From Deltaproteobacteria bacterium (GTDB lineage: Bacteria > Myxococcota_A > UBA9160 > SMWR01), in assembly GCA_032128115.1 (NCBI GenBank), contig JAQBHB010000105.1, positions 1 through 32,879 of the forward strand: 32,879 nt of DNA, in the 5' to 3' direction. This document shows positions 7,831 to 17,498 of the stretch, piece after piece. The notes beneath the pieces are model-generated. The model made no database searches. It saw only the letters and a program-made list of their open reading frames with translations, and was not told the DNA's origin. Position numbers and translations under genes: made by a program. Each line of letters begins with the position of its first letter. Position 1 is the first letter of the stretch.

Positions 7831-8265
7831 TCACATCTTCTTCTTTTTCAGCGGGCGAAAACGCGGGATCGCCAGATCCGCGCTCATGTCTTCCCAGACG
7901 AGTTCGACGGGCAGTCCTATCCGGAGCTCATCGGGGTTCACGTCGACGACGTTCGAGATGATCCGCACTCCTCCGGCGTCTTCCAGTGCGATGACCGCGA
8001 TGATGTAGGGAAGATCCTGCCCGGCTGCGATGGGGCGGTGCACAATTGTGTAGGTGAAGAGTTCACCAAGGCCCGTGACCTGTTTCCAATCGGAGTCTCC
8101 CGAGCGGCACCCGGGACATACCGGAGCCGGGGGGAGCCGCGTGTGTCCGCAGGACGTGCAGCGTTGTACGACGAGTCGGTGCTCGGCCGCGGCTTGCCAC
8201 CAGGGCAATGTGGTGGCGTCCGCCAGGGGCGGCGGCATGCTGTCCGGGAAGAAGCGTTCGCTCAT
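7831..8265 (-). CDS. DUF35 Zn-ribbon/OB-fold protein (ChsH2 C-terminal-like)
   Basis: QRCTSCG...PP..VCPGC, TYTIVH, PY..A.I.L, RIG.PV, PRF motifs. ATGA overlap with the thiolase-fold gene. Confidence 0.92.
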   Translation of the reverse strand: MSERFFPDSMPPPLADATTLPWWQAAAEHRLVVQRCTSCGHTRLPPAPVCPGCRSGDSDWKQVTGLGELFTYTIVHRPIAAGQDLPYIIAVIALEDAGGVRIISNVVDVNPDELRIGLPVELVWEDMSADLAIPRFRPLKKKKM

Positions 8266-9485
8266 TTTCGCCCAAGCAGGATCGCGCTCGAGGGGACGCA
8301 GGCTGCGCTCGTGACCAGGCAGACCTGGGCGTTCTCGACCGGGCTGGTGGACTCGCCGCGCAGTGAGCGGACGCCTTCGACAACGTGGTTGAGTCCGTGG
8401 ATGTAGGCTTCGGAAAGGCTTCCCCCGTGGGTGTTGGTGGGAAGGCTCCCGCCATGCCAGGACAGGGCGCCGCTCTCGATGAAGGGCCCTCCCTCGCCTC
8501 GCTGGCAGAACCCGTAGTCTTCGATCTGCATGAGGACGCAGCCGGTGAAGTGATCGTAGAGCTGGGCAACGTCCACATCGCCGGGGCCGAGGCCCGATTT
8601 GCCCCAGAGGCGATTGGCCATCTCCTCGCAGCCGCCGGTTGCATAGAGTTCATCGGCGACGTTGGCGTTGGTAAACGGCCCAAACCCGTATCCCTTCGGT
8701 GCTCCCTGCTCACTCGCGAGGATCTCGACGGGGCGCTTCGCGAGGTTGCGCGCGCGCTCCTCCGTGGTGACGACGACTGCGCAGGCTCCATCGCTCTCGA
8801 GACAGCAATCAAACAGGCGGTGGGGATCCGCGATCATGGGCGAGGCCTGGTGATCTTCGAGTGTCATCGGACGCCCGCCCATGACGGCGCGCGGATTGCG
8901 GCTCGCGTGCTCCCGAAACGTCACCGCAAGCATGCCCAACTGCTCGCTGGTGGTTCCATAGAGGTGCATATGGCGACGCGTGGGCAGGGCGTACGCCGCC
9001 GCCGCCATCAACAGGCCATAGGGGATTGCGAACCCCATGGAGGCATGCAACAACGAGCCGGCCTGCTGGAGGCGCGGGGGCTCCGGGGCAACGGGAGCGT
9101 CCGCCTTCACGCCGCCGGTACCAAATCGAAAGAACTGCCCCTGGCAGAGCGAGCGGTAGACCACGACGACTTCGGCCTGGCCGGTCTCCACGGCCATCGC
9201 GGCATTGGAGATGGCCGCGCAGCCGCCTCCACCGCCCGGCATCCAGACCATATTGCCAAACCGCAATGCCGGGAGGCCCAATTCCGCTGCGAGAAAGATG
9301 GCTTCGTTGCGATCGTCGGCGAAGGAAGCAAGACCATCGACGTCGTCCACGGAGAGGCCGGCATCTGCGACGGCTCGCTGGATCGCTTGGCACGCCAGCG
9401 CGTGCTCCGTCACCTCACCGATCTTGCCCCATCGGGTGTATTGCGACTCTCCCACACCGACGATATGTGCTCGCGCTCGACTCAT
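8262..9485 (-). CDS. SCP-x/Ltp2-like thiolase-fold protein (lipid-transfer protein, probable aldolase)
   Basis: IVGVGES, HASRNPRA, DCCLESDGACA, AQLYDHF and NTHGGSLSEAYIHG. The YDHF tyrosine and EAYIHG tyrosine fit Ltp2-type aldolases. Confidence 0.9.
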   Translation of the reverse strand: MSRARAHIVGVGESQYTRWGKIGEVTEHALACQAIQRAVADAGLSVDDVDGLASFADDRNEAIFLAAELGLPALRFGNMVWMPGGGGGCAAISNAAMAVETGQAEVVVVYRSLCQGQFFRFGTGGVKADAPVAPEPPRLQQAGSLLHASMGFAIPYGLLMAAAAYALPTRRHMHLYGTTSEQLGMLAVTFREHASRNPRAVMGGRPMTLEDHQASPMIADPHRLFDCCLESDGACAVVVTTEERARNLAKRPVEILASEQGAPKGYGFGPFTNANVADELYATGGCEEMANRLWGKSGLGPGDVDVAQLYDHFTGCVLMQIEDYGFCQRGEGGPFIESGALSWHGGSLPTNTHGGSLSEAYIHGLNHVVEGVRSLRGESTSPVENAQVCLVTSAACVPSSAILLGRK

Positions 9486-9497
9486 GGCGTGCAGCGA

Positions 9498-9935
9498 TCA
9501 GGTGAGCGGCATGGAGACGACCACGCTGCCAGTCGCGTGATCCCCGAGCTCGTTGGCGGCTCGGATCGCTACCTCGACCACGCATTCGTCGCCGACGCGA
9601 CTCGTCTGGGACACCTGGCCGGAGAATCGCAGGGGCTGGCCGGGGATGGCAGGGGCGCCGAGGCGGATCGCGATTCTGCGTATCATCGCCTCCGGTCCGG
9701 CCCAATCCGTGACGAAGCGTGACACGTAGCCGTTGGTGGTGAGGATGTTCATGAAGAGATCCGGAGCGCCTTGCGCCCTCGCGAACTCACGGTCGTGGTG
9801 CGCAGGCATGAAGTCGCGAGAGGCAATCGCGCCGGCAACGATCACCGTCGAGGTGACCTGGAGATCGAAGGTCGGCAGCTCGTCGCCCACTGCAATCTCG
9901 GTGGTTCGCAGGGACGCGGATCGTCGACCCATCAT
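9498..9935 (-). CDS. MaoC-family dehydratase (ChsH1-like)
   Basis: VAGAIASRDFMPAHHD...GAPDLFMNILTTNG...TDWAGP matches ChsH1-type hydratase motifs. Confidence 0.9.
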   Translation of the reverse strand: MMGRRSASLRTTEIAVGDELPTFDLQVTSTVIVAGAIASRDFMPAHHDREFARAQGAPDLFMNILTTNGYVSRFVTDWAGPEAMIRRIAIRLGAPAIPGQPLRFSGQVSQTSRVGDECVVEVAIRAANELGDHATGSVVVSMPLT

Positions 9936-10492
9936 GAAGCCGCCCCGATGGTGGCCGGGTCGAACTTGAGGATTCGAAAGAGCTGTCGACCCACGACCTC
10001 ATCCTCGCCGTTCATGTAGGTGGTTACCCAGGTCACGAAATAACCCTGGCCGAGCGCGGTGGTTTTTCGATTCGAGATGGACTCCAGCTCGATCGACAGG
10101 TGTAGATGGTCACCCGGCTTCAGGTAGCGCTCGAAGTCGAATTCGGAGTTCGTGGCGAGAGTACCCACGTAGCCGGCTTCGTCGAGAGCGTGGATCGGGT
10201 TCTCGTGATTCATCTCGTCGGGTGCGCCGCCCCGCTCGGCGATGCCTTCGATTCGGGGGCGGGGCATCGTCCACGTCTGAAGCATCGCCGGAGGCGCGAC
10301 GATCCCGCCGAAGCGGGTCTTTGCGGCCATTTCTTCGTCGAGATAGACCGGGTTCCGGTCGTCCAGGGCGTCGACCCAATGCCGGATCATGGGCACGTTG
10401 ACCGGGTCGGGCGCCACGGCGGGCGGGCCCAGCGGCTTCCCCACATATTTCTCGAGCCGCGCCCGGACGTGATCCACTTCCTCGTCTGCCAT
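9932..10492 (-). CDS. MaoC/FAS1-like dehydratase (ChsH2 N-terminal-like)
   Basis: DPVNVPMIRHW..A..D.NPVY, APPAMLQTWTM, ATNSE..F.RYL, K.T.LG.GYFVT, FRILKF.P. ATGA overlap with the next gene. Confidence 0.9.
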   Translation of the reverse strand: MADEEVDHVRARLEKYVGKPLGPPAVAPDPVNVPMIRHWVDALDDRNPVYLDEEMAAKTRFGGIVAPPAMLQTWTMPRPRIEGIAERGGAPDEMNHENPIHALDEAGYVGTLATNSEFDFERYLKPGDHLHLSIELESISNRKTTALGQGYFVTWVTTYMNGEDEVVGRQLFRILKFDPATIGAAS

Positions 10493-10890
10493 CAGCGAAT
10501 CGACTCGGCGGTGAACCGCACCTTCATTTCGCTGCAGGTGCGAACCAGCGGCGAGGGCTGGATCACGGGCCCGCCATCGCTGAACTCCACGTGGTTCGGG
10601 TTTCCCTCGATCTTGAAGGAATCCGGGTCTTCGAACTGGGCGGGGTCGCGGTGCGGCTCATCCTCATCGATCAGTCCGAGCTTGAAGGGATTGTTCGGGC
10701 GGACACCCAGGCCCGAGCAGAAGATCTCATTGTTCTTCGAGATGGTGCAGACGTGTGCGTAGCGGGTTGCGACCCAGAGATTCCTCTTCTCGGACCAGAA
10801 GACCGGGGCATTTTCGCGCAGCCACGCCAAGCGGCCGCGCATCTCGGGTCCCCAGCTTCCCGCGTGGTTGAAATCTACATCGATGTCCAT
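10492..10890 (-). pseudogene. Cytochrome P450 relic with two in-frame internal deletions (132 aa, no haem Cys)
   Basis: P450 N-terminus (WLRENAPVFW, WVATRY, FCS..GVRP, LIDEDEP) is joined to the meander (RDPAQFEDPDSF..NPNH) and then to the C-terminal strand (GGPVIQPSPLVR...MKVRF). I-helix, ExxR and FxxGxHxCxG are absent. Confidence 0.88.
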
Positions 10891-10909
10891 GACATGGCCT
10901 GCTTCTTTC

Positions 10910-11374
10910 TCAGGTGTTCTGTTTCCAGTCGGCGATCAGTCCTTCCATCGTGATATCTGCCAGCAGCTTCAGTTCCTGGTCGAGAACCTCGTAGAGCCGC
11001 CCGTCGCTGGAATGGTTGCCGAAGAAGGCGATTCCCCCCTCTGTTCCGCCTCGTTCGAGGTGGGGCAGGGCGTCGCCCACGCTCAGGGCATAGTCGCCGG
11101 CGCGGCGCACCACGGGCTCGCCCCGGGTGCCATCCGGGTGGAGGTCCCACAGATGCTGCTCGCCCTCGATCACGAGCACGGTCGTGGTCGCGGTGTGGCG
11201 ATGGATCGGGCAATGGCCGCCGTCATCCCCCCACCTGACTACCATGTCGAGAGTGCCGGCGGCCAGGTCGTATCCGAGAATGGTGTAGTCGTGGTGGATC
11301 TTGTAGGAAAGCCCGGGTCCGCCCGTTACCTCCCGCCATTTGTAGCAGCGGGGGTCGAAGAAGCTCGAGGCCAT
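10910..11374 (-). CDS. Cupin-fold protein
   Basis: CPIHRH....VLVIEGE and LPHLE cupin metal-site motifs. Start revised to ATG 11374 (AGGAGG SD). Confidence 0.75.
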   Translation of the reverse strand: MASSFFDPRCYKWREVTGGPGLSYKIHHDYTILGYDLAAGTLDMVVRWGDDGGHCPIHRHTATTTVLVIEGEQHLWDLHPDGTRGEPVVRRAGDYALSVGDALPHLERGGTEGGIAFFGNHSSDGRLYEVLDQELKLLADITMEGLIADWKQNT

Positions 11375-11421
11375 TGCGGGACCCTCCTGGGTTGGCAGCA
11401 TTCTAACCCGGCTGTCCAGGG

Positions 11422-13215
11422 CTAGCTCAGCTCCAGCCCCCTCATTGCGCCATCGGCTCGCCAGTCTTCGAGGATCTTCACGAACTCCGTGGGCCCGCCG
11501 AAATAGAAGCCGCCCTGGCGGGTCTTCCTTCCGGGATTCCCTTCGTTGTTGTAGTAGCCGGGTGTGCATTGCTCGCCGAATTCGGTCATCCGATCCGCGA
11601 GCTCGACGACGGCGTCGACCCACTCGGCCTCGGCCTGTTCGGAGGCCTCGAGGGATTCGAGGCCCCGGTCAAGGGCACGCTCGACGATATAGGCCACGTG
11701 CTTGGCCTGCTCGTTGATCATGTAGGGGAAGTTCACCGTCAGGCCCGACTGGGCGATGCTCATCATGAAGCAGTTGGGAAAGCCGTGGATGTGCATGCCG
11801 TGGAGCGTCGTGACGCCGTCGCCCCATTTCTGGGAAAGGGTGAGGCCATTCCGGCCGACGAGTTCGTAGCCGGATCGGCGCGAATAGTCAGTCCCGACCT
11901 CGAAGCCGGTTGCGTAGATCAGGCAATCGAGCTCGTACTCCTCGCCGGCGACAACGACTCCCTTTTCCGTCACGCGTTCGACTCCCGCTCCCCGGGTATC
12001 GACGAGCGTGACGTTGGGGCGATTGAAGGTCTGGAGGTATGCGTCGTGGAAGCACGGCCGCTTGCAGAACTGGCGGTAGTACGGCTTCAGCGCCTCGGCG
12101 GTTTCCGGGTCTTCGACTATGGAATCCACGCGTGCGCGGATCTGTTCCATCTTCATGAAATCAGCCGTTTCCAGGGTCCTGGCCAGGCGCTCCGGAGACA
12201 GATCCGCGTTTTCCTCCGACTCCATCACGAACAGAAGCTTGCGAATGATGTCCGTCCATCCGTCGTTCACCAGGTCTTCTTCCTGATATCCACCCGCGGT
12301 GAGGATCTGAAAGTTGTCCATCCGCTTCTGGTGCCAGCCGGGCTCGAGGCTGCGGGCCCATTCCGGGTCGGTTGGACGGTTGGCTCTCACGTCGATGGAC
12401 GAAGGCGTGCGCTGGAAGACGTAGAGGTGCCCGGCGCTCGCGGCGATGTGAGGGACGCATTGCACCGCCGTTGCCCCGGTACCGATGATCCCCACCCGCT
12501 TTCTGCGAAGCCCCGTCAGGTTGCCGTCTGAGTCGCCACCGGTGTACGCATAGTCCCAACGGCTGGTGTGGAAGACATGGCCCTTGTACGCGTCGATTCC
12601 CGGGATCCCGGGCAGCTTGGGCTTCTGGAGGAATCCGTTTGCCAGGCAGACGAATCGGGCCTTGATGGCGTCGTTTCGATTCGTCGAAATGATCCAGCGC
12701 GAGCCGTCCTCATCCCACCGCAATTCGGTCACTTCGGTCTGGAAGCACGCATCGCGATAGAGATCGAATTTCTCGGCGATCGCCCTGGCGTGGGCGAAGA
12801 TCTCGGGTGCCTGGCTGTATTTCTCTTTGGGGACGTACTCGAGTTCTTCGAGCAGTGGCAGGTAGACGTAGGACTCCACGTCGCACGCGGCGCCCGGGTA
12901 ACGGTTCCAATACCAGGTGCCTCCGAAGTCGCCTCCCTTCTCGATGACTCGGACACTCTCCACGCCGGCCTGGCGAAGCCGAGCACCGGCCAGGAGCCCT
13001 CCGAAACCGCCTCCGATCAACGCCACGTCCACTTCGTCCGTCATCGGCTCCCGTGTGTACCCGGGCTCCACGTAGGGGTCCGTGGCGAAACCCGCGAAGT
13101 CGCGCTTGACCTCCAGATACTGGTCGTTTCCATCGGGACGGAGGCGCTTCTCCCGTTCCTCCCGGTACTTCTCGCGGAGCGCGTCGGGATCGAATGCGTG
13201 ATCGGCAGGCGTCAC
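11422..13215 (-). CDS. Baeyer-Villiger monooxygenase (type I)
   Basis: GGGFGG, GGTWYWNRYPGAACD, fingerprint YKGHVFHTSRWD, GTGATA, FQRTP, ATGF, CTPGYYN. Confidence 0.93.
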   Translation of the reverse strand: MTPADHAFDPDALREKYREEREKRLRPDGNDQYLEVKRDFAGFATDPYVEPGYTREPMTDEVDVALIGGGFGGLLAGARLRQAGVESVRVIEKGGDFGGTWYWNRYPGAACDVESYVYLPLLEELEYVPKEKYSQAPEIFAHARAIAEKFDLYRDACFQTEVTELRWDEDGSRWIISTNRNDAIKARFVCLANGFLQKPKLPGIPGIDAYKGHVFHTSRWDYAYTGGDSDGNLTGLRRKRVGIIGTGATAVQCVPHIAASAGHLYVFQRTPSSIDVRANRPTDPEWARSLEPGWHQKRMDNFQILTAGGYQEEDLVNDGWTDIIRKLLFVMESEENADLSPERLARTLETADFMKMEQIRARVDSIVEDPETAEALKPYYRQFCKRPCFHDAYLQTFNRPNVTLVDTRGAGVERVTEKGVVVAGEEYELDCLIYATGFEVGTDYSRRSGYELVGRNGLTLSQKWGDGVTTLHGMHIHGFPNCFMMSIAQSGLTVNFPYMINEQAKHVAYIVERALDRGLESLEASEQAEAEWVDAVVELADRMTEFGEQCTPGYYNNEGNPGRKTRQGGFYFGGPTEFVKILEDWRADGAMRGLELS

Positions 13216-13221
13216 GGGAGT

Positions 13222-14418
13222 CTATGACTCGACACCGGTAGCACCTCCCCGCCAGGGGCGGTCGGGAGCGCCCACGCCGTAGAGTTCTGCGGCGTTGCCG
13301 AAGAGGACCCTGTCGCGAACCTCCTCGGGTTGGTCGCCAAAGGCTGCATCGATCTTCTGGCGGACGTTTCCGTAGAGGCAGATGGGGTGGGGATAGTCGG
13401 TCTCGAAAAGCACGCGATCGGATCCGATCTCCTCGAGGAAGGTCTTCGCGGCGAACTCCTCGAAGAAGGAGCAGGCCCAGACCTGCTCGCGGATGTAATC
13501 GCTGGGGCGCTTCGTGAACTCGGGTTTTTCGGCCCGGACGTTCGCGTAATCGAAACCGTGGTCGAGAGCCTCCTTCACGAAGGGCAGCCAACCGATTCCA
13601 CTCTCCACCGAGACGAGGCGAAGCCGCGGATTCCGCGGCAGGATTCCCGACATCACCACGTCCATCAGCTGGATTGCATTGGTGAGCAGGATCGACATGG
13701 ACCCCGAGACCGTGGTGGCCCGTATGCCGTGCGTTGCAAAGCGTGCTGGATTCATGAGCTGATCCTGGAAATCGCCGCTTCCGATGTGCAGGCTGATGGG
13801 AAGATCGAGCTCCTGGGCGGCGTTCCAGATGGGATTCCAGTGGCTGTCGCCGATGAGAGGCATTCCGAAGTCCTGGGGGGCGCTCGTGAAGAGGATTGCC
13901 CGATGCCCGATCTCCCGGCATCGGTGGATCTCGGCCACCGTGGCGTCGACGTCCCAGAAGGGGGTGGCCATCACCGGGATGAAGCGGCGCGGATCGGGGG
14001 AGATCCACTCGATCAGCCAGTCGTTGTAGGCCCTCACGCATGCGAGCATGAGCTCCGGGTCGTCCAGGCCCAGGAAGGTCTCGCTTCCGAAACCGCCGAT
14101 GTTGGGGTAGAGGGTCATGGCCCAGGCGCCGATCTCGTCCATGTATTCGAGACGCGCCACGGCGTCGTAGGAGGCGGGCGGGCACTCGTCCAGGTTCCTG
14201 GGAATGGAGGGGAAGGGCTCATGCCAGCCCGCCACCGCGGTGGCGCCAACCGGGATCTGGCGCTCGGCTCGCCCGAACCGCCACACGTCGACTCCGTCGT
14301 CGGTTCGAACCATGCGCGGCGCCTTGTCCTGGAACTTCTGGGGCAGGCGAGACGTCCAGACGTCTCCCGGCTCCGTGATGTGGGTGTCGGCGTCGATGAA
14401 CCAGTCTGTGCACTTCAC
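13222..14418 (-). CDS. Amidohydrolase_2 family protein
   Basis: IDADTHITEP, AYNDW, SLHIG, VESGIGW, FETDYPHP, NAAELY. Confidence 0.92.
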   Translation of the reverse strand: MKCTDWFIDADTHITEPGDVWTSRLPQKFQDKAPRMVRTDDGVDVWRFGRAERQIPVGATAVAGWHEPFPSIPRNLDECPPASYDAVARLEYMDEIGAWAMTLYPNIGGFGSETFLGLDDPELMLACVRAYNDWLIEWISPDPRRFIPVMATPFWDVDATVAEIHRCREIGHRAILFTSAPQDFGMPLIGDSHWNPIWNAAQELDLPISLHIGSGDFQDQLMNPARFATHGIRATTVSGSMSILLTNAIQLMDVVMSGILPRNPRLRLVSVESGIGWLPFVKEALDHGFDYANVRAEKPEFTKRPSDYIREQVWACSFFEEFAAKTFLEEIGSDRVLFETDYPHPICLYGNVRQKIDAAFGDQPEEVRDRVLFGNAAELYGVGAPDRPWRGGATGVES

Positions 14419-14459
14419 CGGCGAATCTCCTCTCCCAGATGGCGAGGCTAATTTCGCAC

Positions 14460-14790
14460 ATGGCGATCAGGGTGTCTTGTCCAACAAGACCAGTTTCCAC
14501 CAGCCGACCCTCGAAGAACTGTAGAGTCGTTCGGGCGCCCCGCACCGGGGGATCCCCATCATGATCGGGGGACAAGGCGAGAAGAAGACGCTGCGCATGG
14601 TTGCGCAATACGCGGACGAGTCGAATCTCACCGGGGACGCGACTGCTCCGAGATCGCCGTGACGAAGCTCCTGATGCTGGCGGTGGCCCCGACGATGGAG
14701 GAGGCGGAAGCCCATCAACGGCCAGATTCTGGAGCGGGTCGAGCTACTGGGGCAGATCGCCCTGAAGGCGCTCGGCTTGCCCATCGGGCG
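14460..14790 (+). pseudogene. F420-dependent-type LLM oxidoreductase relic (multiple deletions and frameshifts)
   Basis: Segments in different frames: IPIMIGGQGEKKTLRMVAQYADESNLT (about 14552-14632), GRDCSEIAVTKLLMLAVAPTMEEAEA (about 14635-14712) and PINGQILERVELLGQIALKALG (from 14712). Possible original start ATG 14460 (MAIR). End points approximate. Confidence 0.8.
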
Positions 14791-14802
14791 ACGTCGGGGG
14801 GG

Positions 14803-15657
14803 CTACCAGAAGGTCTTGAGGATCTGTTCCTCGGGAATCTGGTGCCGGATCTTTTCGTGCAGTTCGGGCAAGAGCGACCAGTGCAGGCCGGGGCGTTTGT
14901 GGTGGGCGGTGTGGAGCCCGAGGTTGCCCGTCAGTGAGTTGAAGAGGCGATGGTCGCGGTTGCGGCTGGCATCCAGGTGGTCGGATCCCGGACAGCCCGC
15001 GTGGTGCTCGTAGGTGGCCCAGATGGTGTGAAAGAGCGTGAGGAAGGCCGGCAGCAGAAAGACGAGCACGGTCGCAAGCGGGCGAAACCAGAGCCCCACG
15101 CCAATCAAGCCCCAGAGTGGCAGCTTCATCAGCAGGAAGGAGCGGAAGTGCCGGGGATGGCGCAGTCCGACGCGGACGATGTCGATCTGGTGATGAAGCA
15201 GCAGATCGATCGAGTACTCGAGGCGCCCCATCTGGGTGCCGTCCGCACGGGTCCACCGGGATTCGTCGGGACTCTCGTGGGGGGGCTGGTTCAGGTAGTT
15301 GACGTGATGCCCGAGGTTGTGATGGAGCACCCAGCTATAGGGTCCGACGCCGCACTGCAGGGCCAGAATCAGGTCGTAGATCCGGTTGCGCCAACCGGCG
15401 CGAAACGAGTTGACGTGCTGGTGGTGGTGGTTGATGGGGGCGATGAACATGCCGAGCACCGCGAGCGGAATGACGCTGATCGCGCAGATCAGGGGTGTCA
15501 TCAGGGCCCAGATGGCCAGGCGAAGCATGAAGACCGCCACCACGAAGGCAACGGGACCGCGGTCGGCCTTGTACTTCAAGAGGCTTCCCCGGCGATCGGG
15601 GGCAGCGGTGATGCGAGCGCTTGCCTCGAAGCTTCCAGGCTCCTGAGTGGCTTCCAA
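14803..15657 (-). CDS. Membrane fatty acid desaturase family protein
   Basis: His boxes NHHHQH, HHNLGHH, YEHH and HTAHH with hydrophobic segments. Start codon uncertain. Confidence 0.9.
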   Translation of the reverse strand: MEATQEPGSFEASARITAAPDRRGSLLKYKADRGPVAFVVAVFMLRLAIWALMTPLICAISVIPLAVLGMFIAPINHHHQHVNSFRAGWRNRIYDLILALQCGVGPYSWVLHHNLGHHVNYLNQPPHESPDESRWTRADGTQMGRLEYSIDLLLHHQIDIVRVGLRHPRHFRSFLLMKLPLWGLIGVGLWFRPLATVLVFLLPAFLTLFHTIWATYEHHAGCPGSDHLDASRNRDHRLFNSLTGNLGLHTAHHKRPGLHWSLLPELHEKIRHQIPEEQILKTFW

Positions 15658-15945
15658 GTCGAACGGCCTCCTGGCTTGCGGATTCCCTGAGCGGGCCGGA
15701 CCGCGAGCATCTGGCGGCCAGCGAGCGCCATCGGATCCGCGCGCTGTGTTTCTCTCGTCTGTCGGGGGACAAAGAGAGGCAGTCTATAGAAGGATTCGGT
15801 CCAGGAGATGGCGAAGAATGTAAAAGTCTCGTGAAAACGCGACGGACAGGCCAGGGATGGCGGGTTGGAATTCCGCTCGGGTCGCTATATGTTTCAGCTA
15901 CTTACGTGGCTGTCATCCCATTCTGCGTGGTTCCGGGGAGAAGAC

Positions 15946-17433
15946 ATGACTTCCGATACAGATCCGATTCGCGCCGATTCGACGCGTACCGATCTCCGTT
16001 TCATCATCATGGGAGCGGGAATGTCGGGGGTGCTCAGCGCGATCAAGTTGCGGGATGCGGGTGTCGAGAACTTCGCAATCTACGAGAAGGCCGATTGCCT
16101 CGGCGGCACCTGGCGGGAGAACACGTACCCGGGGATCGCCTGCGACGTTCCCTCTCACCTCTACAGTTACTCGTTCGCACCCAACCCGGACTGGAGCCAT
16201 CGCTTCTCGCCGGGATCCGAGATCCAGGCCTACTTCGAGGATGTAGCGCGCCGCTACGAGGTGGACTCGCTGATTCAATACGGTAAGGAGATCACCCGCT
16301 GCGAGTACGAGAACGGACGCTGGAAGATCGAGATGTCCGACGGTTCGACCGACGTGGGAGACGTCGTCATCGCGGCGACCGGTGTCCTCCACCACCCCGC
16401 GGTTCCCGACTTTGAAGGCCTCGACTCCTTCGAGGGCACGATGTTCCACAGCGCGCGCTGGGATCCGGATGTGTCGCTCGAGGGCAAGCGTGTCGGGGTG
16501 GTCGGAACGGGCTCGACCGCGATCCAGATCGTGGGCGCGGTGGTCGACGACGTGGCGGAACTCTCGCTCTTCCAGCGCACCGCTCAATGGGTCATGCCCC
16601 AGGAGAACCCGGCCTACAGCGAGGAGGAGAAGGGCGATTTCCGCAAGCACCCCGAAACCCTGGGCGAACTCCGATCGGCCATCTCCCGCCTGTTTGCCGA
16701 TGGCTTCTCCAATGCCGTGGTCGACGCGCACTCGCCGCAGCTGGAGGCGATCCACACCGCCTGTGTGGCGAATCTCGAAAACAACGTGGCGGATCCGGAT
16801 CTCCGGGAAAAACTCCGACCCGACTACCGGGCTGCGTGCAAGCGCCTGATCATCTCCGAGAACTTCTACGACGCCATCCAGCGACCCAACGCGAAGCTCG
16901 TCACGGAGGGGGTCGAGCGGATCGAGAAGTCCGGGGTGCGAACGCGCGACGGGCGCCTGCACGAGCTGGACGTGCTGATCCTCGCCACGGGGTTTCGCGT
17001 CGATAGCTTCATGCGACCGATGGAGGTGGTGGGCCGCAATGGCACGGCGCTCGATGACGTCTGGAAGGAGGGACCGTTTGCATACCTGGCGATTTCGATC
17101 CCGGAGTTTCCGAATCTCTTCATGCTGAACGGTCCCAACGGGCCCGTGGGAAACTTCTCGCTGATCGACGTCGCGGAGCTGCAGTTTTCGTACATCATGC
17201 AGCTGATCGAGAAGATTCGATCCGGTTCGTGCAGCGAGGTGAGCGCCTCGCGGGCGGCCATGAAGCGCTTCGACGCCGACCGCGTGGAGGCCGCCAGGAC
17301 GACGATCTGGCAGAGCGGTTGCAAAAGCTGGTATCTGGACGCCAAGGGCGTGCCGACGGCCTGGCCGTGGACGTTCGACCGCTTCCGGGAGGAGATGGCC
17401 AGGCCGCGCCTCGGCGACTTCGAGATGAGGTGA
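15946..17433 (+). CDS. Flavin-containing / Baeyer-Villiger monooxygenase
   Basis: GAGMSG, GGTWRENTYPGIACDVP, FEGTMFHSARWD, GTGSTA, ATGF, GCKSWY. Start revised to ATG 15946 (GGGGAG SD). Confidence 0.93.
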   Translation: MTSDTDPIRADSTRTDLRFIIMGAGMSGVLSAIKLRDAGVENFAIYEKADCLGGTWRENTYPGIACDVPSHLYSYSFAPNPDWSHRFSPGSEIQAYFEDVARRYEVDSLIQYGKEITRCEYENGRWKIEMSDGSTDVGDVVIAATGVLHHPAVPDFEGLDSFEGTMFHSARWDPDVSLEGKRVGVVGTGSTAIQIVGAVVDDVAELSLFQRTAQWVMPQENPAYSEEEKGDFRKHPETLGELRSAISRLFADGFSNAVVDAHSPQLEAIHTACVANLENNVADPDLREKLRPDYRAACKRLIISENFYDAIQRPNAKLVTEGVERIEKSGVRTRDGRLHELDVLILATGFRVDSFMRPMEVVGRNGTALDDVWKEGPFAYLAISIPEFPNLFMLNGPNGPVGNFSLIDVAELQFSYIMQLIEKIRSGSCSEVSASRAAMKRFDADRVEAARTTIWQSGCKSWYLDAKGVPTAWPWTFDRFREEMARPRLGDFEMR

Positions 17434-17498
17434 CCCAGGAGCCGTTGAGGACACGGGAGGAGGCCTGGGGGCGGGTTTCCGCTATCCTCGCCGCACCC

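Noticed and set aside
15913..17454. Long antisense ORFs (15913-17454, 8385-9722, 13330-14451, 19357-20931, 29010-30344, 30196-31443 and others)
   Set aside because: Mirror frames of well-supported genes, caused by GC3 bias.
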